Positions 53,585 to 64,000 of a stretch of 64,000 nt of DNA are shown here, one piece after another (the first letter of the stretch is position 1; each line of letters begins with the position of its first letter). A program made the translations under genes and the position numbers. The notes under the pieces are model-generated. The model saw only the letters and a list, made by a program, of their open reading frames with translations, had not been told where the DNA came from and did not search any database. The DNA is from Rotaria socialis (lineage: Eukaryota). The DNA is taken from the NCBI GenBank assembly GCA_905331295.1, contig CAJNYD010000449.1:186001-250000 (forward strand), written 5' to 3'.

Positions 53585-55672
53585 TAGAGAAAAACGAAGA
53601 ACATCGATCGTGATCGATCTATATTCGACGATTGAAGCGGTACGCGCACAGAATAATCAATTTCGCAACAATAAAATTTTATGCCAATGATTAAAATTCA
53701 CACATATGTTTACAAAAAAAAACAAAGATTCACAGAGTCAATTGAAAACTAATGATCGGATACGGCAAATTAGCTCGACCAAAAGCATTAGTATTGATCT
53801 AGAAACAGCAAGAACAACAGCACGGAACGAGTTATAGCTTGTACTTCTTTTTTGTTCTTACGTTGTTTGTTTTCTTCTTTTGAACGTTGCCATTGTTGAC
53901 GTAAATGAAAAGACAAATCAATTTTTTCTCTTGTCAAGTAATATTTTAGCTGTTTAAAAACCAATTTGTTCATTTTAATGAAATAAAATTAAGATTTTCA
54001 TTTTATTCTTCGCATTTTACATAAAAGATGTCACTGGTTAACACTATCTTTCATTGGAAACGTATTACGCTAATTGAAAATTAGTTTTTTTTTTGAAAAA
54101 AAACTTGATAGACAAAGAAAATTATAAGTGTAATAGTAGATTTGAAAAAGGCTTAGTTCAAAAGATCTATTTTGTAATATGAACTAATTAGAACAGGATA
54201 CACATCTTAGATAGTCTATTTGAATTTTGAACTCAAACCAGTTTCTCTGTCGTAAAAAGCTTAAAAGATCTTGATAAGAAAATTCAACGATATAATAATT
54301 AGGTATGTTGATTTAGAATATATTGAATTCAATTCAAAATGAAATTATATACTTTATCCATCTATCGATTTATGACAGCACATTAGATTTATCGTTTACG
54401 AAACTTCATTGTTTTTAATTATTTTTTTGATTGTCATTGTGTTTGTAGAATTTACTTGTTTGTTTTGAACTTTACATTTATGAAACACCCATTTTTTTTC
54501 ACTCTATCAAAAAAAAACTCTTGATTACTGGGAAATATATATATATTTCAACTCGATAGAAGAACAGAATCGATATTTGAATGAGAAACTATATGGAAAA
54601 ATTCTACATCTACACAATGAAATAACTGTTGTAGAAATGTTTAATCTTTATTTTATTCATTCTAGAATGATTTAGTCAATTTTAAGTCAGTACTTATGTT
54701 TTCCTGAGTTGTCTTCCATTTGTCAGAACTCATAGGCGCCATTAGATGTTAATTAAACCGTCTAATGAAAGTACATTCTTTCTAGGCACGATAATGGCTT
54801 GATACACCAGATCATTAACTGTTTTATAGAATGTAATTTCTACTAAGCAAATCTATTTTTTCTGTCGAAAACAGGCGCTAAGGCTGCAAAAAGAATTTAC
54901 TAAATGTCAAAAAACTAAGGATGACATCGTCTTTGATCTGTATCTTTTTTGTTTAATAAGATTTATTTGGTAGAAGAAAATAGTTGAGGCTTACAGTATT
55001 TAATAAAAAGTTATTGTCTTGGAACAGAAAAGTACTTACAATCACCGACATATACATATATATGAACGTTATTGATTATGATTTCGTTTCCTATCAGATA
55101 GGTTTCTATGTAGATAAATTGATAATGTCACATTTTTAACAAAAAACATGATTTTCTGTGTTTTTTTCCGTTTGAAAATTAAACATGCAATTTTGATTAA
55201 AGTCTATTGTAGGAGTAAAACTATTTCAAAAAAAATGGATGTTGTCAAGCATTAACTGAAAACGTGTGTAATAAATAAGCATTTTGCAGACTTTGACGAC
55301 ATACGTGTTGACAGTAGAAAAAAAGCATGTTCTACTTTAATAAATATTCACGAAATGCTGCATTCTCGTTTTTTTTTCTTCTACAAATATAAATAAAATT
55401 TTCACAAACAGTCATATATACTTATTCTAGTTCAATAATAGTTCTTTTATATGCATATGTCACAAAATACTAGCAAAATATACTTGATTTATAATGAGAT
55501 TAATTTCACATGATATGAACTATAGAATAGTCAATTGAATTTTTTCACTCAAAAAGAAACAAAATAATCAAGATCGAATAGACAACAATCAAACATAACT
55601 TTAACTGAAAAATAGAAAGAATATTTCTAACCATTCTTTTTTTGTTGCATTCTTATTTTAGATATTTATCAA

Positions 55673-56200
55673 ATGCTTTCCTCAACAACGTCATTAAAAA
55701 TTGGTGGTAGTGGTCCATCGGAACCATTGACTCGTCTTGCATGTATTCGCCAGTGTCAAGAAACAGTTCAAGAATTGGTGGATAAACAACCAGAAATCTG
55801 TGTGTGGTTTCATCAATTAACACGTCCCATAGCACATCACCCAAATTATCAACAACAACAAGCACAAAATCTAGCTGAAAAGCGTACTCGTTTTGAAACA
55901 TTATTAAACGATATAACAATGCAATTCAATTCTTTAAGATATTTATTTGTACGTCTTCGTGAAATTCATGAATATGTTCTAACACGTGAATCAACAGCAA
56001 CAACAACTAGTCCAGAACTATCACGTTTATTAAAACAAAAATCAATTTATGAAGAAATTCTCAATGAAAAGCAAACTCAATTAAAAATTATTATTGATAC
56101 AGTACGTGATATAACTTATCAGATAAATACAATGATTGATTTACGTCAGGATGGAACAATTAATACATTGATGAATAATGCCAATACACAAGAAAAATGA
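55673..56200 (+). CDS. MED30: Mediator of RNA polymerase II transcription subunit 30
   Basis: CIRQCQETVQELV...LFVRLREIHE...KQTQLKIIIDTVRDITYQINTMI matches the MED30 pattern (GQETVQDIV...LFRKLR...KNQQLKQIMDQLRNLIWDINAML). Confidence 0.8.
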   Translation: MLSSTTSLKIGGSGPSEPLTRLACIRQCQETVQELVDKQPEICVWFHQLTRPIAHHPNYQQQQAQNLAEKRTRFETLLNDITMQFNSLRYLFVRLREIHEYVLTRESTATTTSPELSRLLKQKSIYEEILNEKQTQLKIIIDTVRDITYQINTMIDLRQDGTINTLMNNANTQEK

Positions 56201-56269
56201 TTATTCTTTCTTTTCTCTTTATTATTATTATTATACTTTATTGCACTAATAAAAAAGAAATAAGATTAA

Positions 56270-58216
56270 CTAACGGACTAGATTATAAGTCTTTAATTCA
56301 GAAAAACATTCTGTAAAAAATTTTGGATTTTGATTAATGGCTAGCATCTTTGAACTTAATTGTCCCATGATTAAAACGACACGTTGCCAAAAAGCCTCAC
56401 GTGTTTCATCGTCCGTTACAAAAGGCTTCAATGGATATGTTATTTCATTTCCCATATAACTAAATGCTAGATATAGACAGGTTAATATAATAGCATGCAA
56501 TTCAGTAACACTTTTAATTGTTGTTGATGGTACAACATAGGTTAATGTTTCACGTAAAAGTAAATAAACAAAAACAATATTAGCCGGATTGACAAATACT
56601 TGTTCTTGCCAACCTTGCAAGATTAATTGACGATCAGCACTTTTTATCCATAAAATACAATCAGTGGAATCAAGTATTGGTAATAAATGAGGACAACATG
56701 AACACAAATAGTCGCCTAAACATCGTAATAATTCATTTGTTGATGCTTGAATTATTGTTTTATGGCTTGTATTTTTTTCTATTGTACGAATATTTTTTGA
56801 ACTCGATGATAGACTGTTATTGATTTTTGCATAGGAAGACAATTGACTTTGTTGATAATATTGTGATTGAGATTTTGGTAAATGATACGATTGTGGAATA
56901 AATGCTGAGTAACGTTTATTGATTAGCGCATTTGAAACTATTGAAAATTAAAATTAAAAATTTATACATTAAACGAAATAGCTGACTATGATAATAGAAA
57001 TGTTCAATTCGGGCATATTTAATTGTTCTATTCAAGTTATGAGAATTCTCCGATGCATTTGTTATGAATGAACAATCCACTTTTTTTTTTCATTACTGAT
57101 TGCATTATTCAATATGTATTATATAATGTATCTATTCATACTTGGCTACCTCTCACCAAATCAGATAGATATTTGAATTCCAAATCACTCTAGGGAAAGT
57201 TATATATGAGCACGGCATATGTCGATTTCTTTTTTAGACATTACTGAAAAGTATTCTCTAGAAAATTAGTAGCCGAATACAATCTTATTTTTAGATTATT
57301 CTTAACAACTAGAATAGCTTCAATCTAAAAAATTAACATCTTTACTTTCCAATAAAATTAATTAAAAACTATGATTAACTTCTTGTCAATTTGACATAAG
57401 AAGTACCAGAAAAAAATATGAATTAAAAGAGCTAATAATCAGACGCTTATGATATAGAATTTTTAATTATAGCCGAGTACAACTGACATATTCACCTGTT
57501 CTTATTTCATATTTATGTCGTCTTTTAGGTTGACTAAAAGCGTCTGCTGTTTGATTTTCTTGTGTTGGTGACGGCTCTTGTTGCTTTTGAGCAATTAAAT
57601 TATTGGTAGATTTCGTTTTACTGTTCAAGGATGATTGCTGTTGCTGTTGTATTTGTTGTTGTTGTTGTTGTTGTTGATGACGATGATGATGATGATGATG
57701 ATAGTGGTGATGTTGGTGGTTACGATGATCTTCTTCGTTGTCTTTGATATTCGTTGTTGTATTATCAATTGATTTTGTCATAATTCGTTTATTAGTGGAA
57801 TCTGCCAGTGGTTGTTTAATAGAAAATAGACTAAATGATTTTTTAAAACTCGTTTCTCGTTCACGATTTTCTTGTTGTGACTTTTTTGAATTATCATTTT
57901 CTTTATTGGATTTTTCACAATTGTTTTTAATTAAATCGTGAAAGTGTTGTGTTGTCATCGATGTTGACAATTTACAATGATTATTTTCCTCAACATTTTT
58001 TCTATAACGTTTACTTCTTCCATGTGTATGACGTATAGAAAACTTCTTAAAATTTAATGATTCATTTATTATTTGTAATTGTTTTTTCCATGATGAACGA
58101 TTTGGTGTTGATGATGTTGCGGTTGTTGTTGTGGATGATGACGATGATGATAATGAAATCTGATTATTTAGTTCATCATGACAAGATTTAGATTGACGAG
58201 GTGACACATTGCCCAT
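56270..58216 (-). CDS. CDK5R1: Cyclin-dependent kinase 5 activator (p35/p39 family)
   Basis: MGN N-terminus, as expected for myristoylation. An intron at 56938..57495 joins in frame to IIQASTNELLRCLG...WIKSADRQLILQGWQEQVFVNPANIVFVYLL...LTCLYLAFSYMGNEITYPLKPF...FFTECFSELK. Confidence 0.94.
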
Positions 58217-61200
58217 GGTGAAAGTTTTGATCTACAAATATTCATCAAAAATTTCTTAACATGAACGCCTAATTAAATATATGCTGCCAGTCAAAATATT
58301 ATATTTTTATCGAGAATGTATGCTATCTATTTTAGAAACCTTATAACGTCACTGATGATAGCCCAACGCTCTTTGAACACATCAAGCATACGCACATCAC
58401 ATAGAAGTTAAGAGAAGGACGATGTTTCTTTTTTTTTCATACTCTTCCGGATTTTTTTTCTCTATCGTTGTTTCTCATTCCTTCATTTTTTTTCTCTAGT
58501 GAATTTTTGGTGATGTTAGCGTGCGCTGAATACTTTCTCTCGGATGAGCTTTCATATTCTAGTTGGTAATAAATTATAAACAGAAATGACTTCTAGTTAA
58601 CCAAAAAGAAATACACTCAATCGTTAGATTCATCAATAGACCTACCTGCTAGGCTAGTTGAACTTTTTTATCCATCTCTCTGTTCGATGAGTGTTATTCT
58701 TCTCTTCTATTTAATTTTCCATTATCCTCTTTTGCATGCACTCTCATGCTGAGATGGAAGCATCCTTTAGACATACGCGCGCGACCGAATACATTCTGTT
58801 TCTTTCTCTTTTCTATACACCCGTCGCTCTTAAAAAAATTGGTTGAACACTCTTTCAGAAAGAAAGACAGAGAGAGAGAAGGGAAAAAAGAGAGTCAGAC
58901 ACCAGAAGGCGTAGTTTTTATCCACACAAAAAAAAATTATGTGTGTGTGTGTGCGCGTGAATGAGCTCTTTTCTTCGTTTCACCATTATTACCATGTTTC
59001 CATTTAGCTGCGTATGTCGCACGGAACTAGATATGAATTGAATACGTGTGTAAGATGAACTCAGCTAATTTTTAGTCGAATAGAAATGTCGATCGTCACA
59101 TAAAAGAAAAAAATACAGAAAGAAAAGAAAATGAAAGGAAGGAAAAATGTCGCCAATGCTGTAGCCCAAACTAATTCGTTTTTTTTGTCGATTGTCATAT
59201 AGAGAAATCGGAAATGTCTCGACGCCGCTCGGGCGCGAATGGCTTCTATATAGTAATAGAATGAATGTAAAGCTGCACTATTCTAAAATACTAACTATAT
59301 ATTGAAGATCTAATGATGAGAACGATTGTCATTTCAATGAAAATGGGAATGGATCGATGCTGACTGTTAGTCGAGTTCATTTTCTGCTTTGTTTGATTGA
59401 ATTAGTGAAGGGTCGACAGAGCATCTGATGGACAATGAAAAGAAATGTGAACTGACATACACATATGGGGTCATGAACATCCTCAAGCTTTTCTCTTTTT
59501 CCTACTAATACAACTGCTACACTATTGTTGTTGTTGTTCAAAAATCTAATTTATGCATCCAACAGGAGACGTAGATGATGTTCAGACGTCATGGAAGAGC
59601 CTCGATAATTTATTCTTATATGCATTATTATTCATTCATTAGACAAGATAGATACGATGTCTTCTTGAAATTTTCTATTTTTTCTTCTTCATCGTTTCTT
59701 CAGATAGATCGATAGACTAATGGTAGATTTCAATGACTAGATTAGACATTGTATTAATAGACATTCTTATGTTATATTAAAGACATTAATGGATATTATA
59801 TGTTAGAAGGAATAAAATATATTCATGTTCTATTTGAATTAGAAAAAGAAGATACAAGTAAATCATATCCTAACATGAACAGGATAGACTTTTGAAAAGC
59901 TGTACGAATAGAATCTATTATTGCATGTAACTTTAACAGATAATGTATAATTATTACAGCAATTGATTAAGTTACAAAAGATTACTTTGTTTACTTCATT
60001 CATATTCATATAAAATGAAATTAGTTTTTAGTATTAATCCAAAAGATTTAGTCGATGATTTCATAGATTTTTATCTCAGTATTCTTTTTTTAACAAAAAG
60101 AAAATCTGTGTACTATACTCAACGGAAGAAAAGAATAATGATTAATGTCAGTACTTAAATAGAAACTACTCATAAAATTGCCTTGAGCATATAAGTGAAT
60201 ACAGCCGTTAATATTTATGTGTTCATATCGAAAGAAACAATTACAAATAAGTATAAAATGGCAGTAAAATGCAATACTATTAACTAATTTATAGCCTATT
60301 CTCATTCTATTCATCGAAACAATTTTTTTTTTGTAAGTATTTCTCTTTCTTCATAGATCTGAAATTATTCGTTTTTGAAAGAAAGAAAGCATAGAAGACA
60401 GTTTTGTTCTGTACGAATGAATTGTTATTTTAACGAACAAATTTTTTATGTAGTTAAATACATATTAAAATATCCCGATTGTTAATCAAGGCCGAATAAT
60501 AAATCAATTCGAACGATTAATCATTGCATACATGCTAGAGCAATATGATTGTAAAAAAGTTTTCTTTATATTCAATTTTTTCTTGTTGTACTTCCTCATG
60601 ATTTAGTCTTTGTTCAATCAATCAATTAGCTAGAAGAAAACATTCAATAACAATTAAATTCAATCAGATTCTGATAAACATTAGTTGTAAAAATGATAAT
60701 ATATAATAGAATTATTTTTATTTCAAACCAACAAGGTCACAGAAAAAAAAATTAAAAAGAGTTCTGATAGACAAAAAGATTGCTAAATATATCAATAAAT
60801 TATGTGTCAAAAAAACAAACCTCTTTGAAGATTATTTCCCAAGCAACAGAATTGTAAACAGACTTAATCTACTATTTGAAAAACTACTATAAATAAATGA
60901 TTATCTGTTCAAGGACCAATCGATGCAAAAGAATTCACTTCGTTAATTGTTACAAAATAATTCTATATTCAGTAAAATCTATTATGGTTCCACCATAAAT
61001 ACTTCAATGTGTTTTCAATTTTTATTTATATGTATTTAACGCAGTTGCCTGTACATATAAATATATAAGAAAAAAAAAGAATTATAGAATTATGATCTTA
61101 TATATATATACGTGTATGAATGGACTATATGTTTACAATTCATTCGAACTATCTGTTCCATTAATAATTTTTAGACTATGGTAGTATCTACATTTTTCAA

Positions 61201-61659
61201 CAAATTGTTATTAAATGGATCTGATCAATCAGCTTTATATACTAGAATGATTATAATGAAGAATAATTTATTAAATATAAAAAATAATCAGCCCATTTGC
61301 AAAAATGCCAATCTTTTACTTTGAATGTCGTATGATGTAATCAGTAAATCTTTTATAACTAATGTATTTTCAATATTTGAACCAATGGTAGCAATAAAAT
61401 ATTTAATCTTAGTAATGTAATTTATTTGGGAAGAAACTTTATTTCTATTTCATAAATCAAAATATCTTCCTAGTATTGTCATGTATAAAAAAAGACAACA
61501 TGAAGTGATATTTTGAATTCGAAAAAATCACATCCTAATATTGACTTAACCAAAAGAAAAGTGAGAGTACTATCAAACTGGTGTTAAACACAAGCGTAGA
61601 CAATGAAAATGTGAATAAATGAAGAAGAAAAAAATCTGTTTTGTCCTAATCATAGAAAT

Positions 61660-63191
61660 TTATTGGGTCTTGTTGCGTTTTTTAAGTGCTTTAGCACGAA
61701 CACCACCTAAGACAAGCATAGTTGCTTTGTTGGACAAGAATTCAGGTAGAAGCGATTGGCCAAAGTCCTAAATATACATTAAAAAAAATAGTAAAAATAT
61801 TTTAATACTCCATCATATTTTATAATTTCACTTGAAGTTCATGTGCCCAATATCCAGTTGTAAATGGAAGTGCAACACGATTGAGTGCACTCTTAACAAA
61901 TTGTTCTGGTGTTGGAGAAAATAGTGATGATTTACGAATGCCTGATAATTTACTAACAACAAAACCAGGACATAATGATTGAACTAATACACCACGTGTT
62001 GCACATTCAGCAGCTAATGATCTAAATTTATGAAATAGAAACAAAAATTTAGAACATCAGCGTTTGCTTTATACTTTTCCACAGATAACTAACCGTGAAA
62101 ATAAATCAACAAATCCCTTTGAGCCTGAATAAAGTGCTAGTAACGGCACCGCTCGTAGACCCGAAACACTTGATACATTAACAATGAGACCTCGTCGTTT
62201 TTCGAGCATATCTGTATATAAAAATTATTCATTTACCAGGTTAATTTTTCAATGTCAAAATAATATGAAGACCTGGTAAAATCATTTGTGTTAAATAAGC
62301 AACCGAATCAACATTGCATCGAATCATATCGTTGACGAGTTTTGCTCCATTTTCAACTTTATCGAAAAATTCTGGATATTCATATGACATACCAACATTA
62401 TTGATTAGAATACCAATATCTAAACCACGAATCTGTTCACGAATTGTTGTATAGATTGAACTGTCTTCTAAATAAATTCATCAGAAAAACATTTATTGAT
62501 TTTTCTCTTTTTATGTTTCATAGGATGAGATTTTTTTTTTTATAATGTAACTGTTTTCTTGAACTTCTTTTTCTGATATAACTAATACTCATCTTATCAC
62601 TCAATTCGTGGTCGACTCAAAAATAGACTACGCCACCCGTTAAATTTCAATTCATAGACTTTGCCTGTCACCCTCACCATGAAGAAAGAACAAAAAAAAA
62701 ATGAAGTCTAAGAATCACCATGATTTACTCTATCTCTGTCGAACTTGTTTAGAACAAAAAGGCGACATCCCTTTTCTATCTTTAATTTGCTATTGATGCT
62801 TTAATATGAGAATGTAAATTGAAACTACTAGTCTTACTTGTAAAATCAACAGCAACTGTTTTAACTTGTACAGTTGAATTCGTATTTTGAATTTCTTTTG
62901 CGACTTGTTCTAATTTTTCTTTTGTTCGACTAATTAAAATTATATTAAGACCTGAAAAAAAATAATAATACATTAGAAATTATTTTTGAATTCATTAATT
63001 TTTCTACCTCGTTTAGCTAATTCAATAGCATACGCTCGACCAATTCCATCTGTACTACCAGTAACCAATGCCCATTCACCAAGTTTTATTATATCAAGTC
63101 TTACTGGACTTAAAAGTCGATAAAAAAATGCAGCAAGACGTGCTGCAACATAAACGAGTGCAAATGCTCCAGTTGTTGCTAAGAATCCCAT
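61660..63191 (-). CDS. HSD17B12: Very-long-chain 3-oxoacyl-CoA reductase (17-beta-HSD12, SDR family)
   Basis: [47 protein letters not shown], catalytic [19 protein letters not shown] and [10 protein letters not shown]. Basic C-terminus ...KKRNKTQ*. Confidence 0.92.
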
Positions 63192-63413
63192 TTTTTTCTA
63201 ATTTTGCCTATTTCAAACAGTAATAAATGAACAAGAAAAAAAAATATTTATTATTATAAACTTTAAACCAATGATATTAAGCCTATCCATAGAATATATT
63301 CTGGATGAATAATAGAAGAAAGAAAGAACTTATTGTGTTTGTTCGTTTTGTATTTGCTCTCGTGTATACAACACAGCATATATATTGTGTCAAATATACG
63401 ATAATCGAACTTC
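63192..63413. promoter_or_regulatory. Probable bidirectional promoter between HSD17B12 and U2AF1
   Basis: The head-to-head start codons are only 222 bp apart. Confidence 0.55.
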
Positions 63414-63966
63414 ATGGCTGATTATCTTGCATCAATCTTTGGTACAGAAAAAGATAAAGTTAATTGTTCATTTTTCTTTAAAATTGGTGCCTGTCGACAT
63501 GGCGAGCATTGTTCAAAATTACATAACAAGCCAACATTTAGTCAAACAATATTATTAAAAAATCTTTATTTAAGTTTGGAAAATAGTTCACAAAAAGCAG
63601 ATAAATCATTTATTGGCGATGACATTACTGAAGAACGTATTCAAGAACATTTCGATGATACATTTGAAGAATTATTTGTCGAATTAGAAAGAAAATACGG
63701 TGAAATTGAAGAAATGAATATTTGTGACAATTTATCTGAACATTTAGCTGGTAAATTTGTGTATATTTTATTTAAATTCTAAAATATAAATGTTGTTTTC
63801 TTTTTCACTTTTAAGGCAATTGCTATGTAAAATTTCGTTTTGAAGAAGATGCTGAAAAAGCAGTTGTTGATCTTAATAATCGTTGGTTTGATGGTCGTGC
63901 GGTTTATGCCGAATTAAGTCCTGTTACCGATTTTCATGAAGCATGTTGTCGTCAATATCAAATGGG
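63414..63966 (+). CDS. U2AF1: Splicing factor U2AF small subunit (U2AF35), 5' part; continues beyond the window
   Basis: MADYLASIFGTEKDKVNCSFFFKIGACRHGEHCSKLHNKPTFSQT. After an intron at 63751..63815 it continues GNCYVKFRFEEDAEKAVVDLNNRWFDG...ELSPVTDFHEACCRQYQMG. Next donor at 63967. Confidence 0.96.
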
Positions 63967-64000
63967 GTATGCTTTTATTTTCAATCTTTTATTAAATCAT

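Noticed and set aside
52265..63966. Apparent functional cluster of RNA-processing and transcription genes (WTAP, MED30, U2AF1)
   Set aside because: Mixed orientations and unrelated intervening genes. There is no evidence beyond chance adjacency.
1..64000. CRISPR arrays, prokaryotic defence operons, rRNA, tRNA and U12-type introns
   Set aside because: I saw no regularly spaced repeats, Cas-like ORFs or recognisable RNA genes. Every intron I modelled is GT-AG.

Overview
This is AT-rich eukaryotic (animal) genomic DNA with many short GT-AG introns of about 50-60 nt. Gene content, intron style and bacteria-like genes point to a bdelloid rotifer, which is my inference. Genes in order: 3' end of an unknown Ser/Thr-rich gene; AP-1 sigma; mitochondrial t6A enzyme OSGEPL1; a small decayed gene; SLC44 choline transporter-like; SLC16/MCT transporter; WIP/verprolin; a DUF4291 protein; a decayed DD37D (maT) Tc1/mariner and a related long-TIR MITE; two tandem FoxA genes; NAGLU (GH89); PSMD12; a tandem pair of intronless secreted DUF4139-like genes (one pseudogenised); WTAP; MED30; CDK5 activator p35; HSD17B12; and the 5' part of U2AF1. 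The most interesting structure is not visible in the ORF track. AP-1 sigma has three alternative terminal exons and two candidate ATG-only first exons, and it abuts OSGEPL1 so tightly (polyA signal about 30 nt before a TTTTAG acceptor) that an SL trans-spliced operon is plausible. Other highlights are two horizontal-transfer candidates, a FoxA pair with a locally homogenised forkhead segment, and a GC-rich island with foreign-looking codons and a canonical G-quadruplex. I found no CRISPR array, rRNA or tRNA. All gene models were built by hand from the sequence and no database searches were run.
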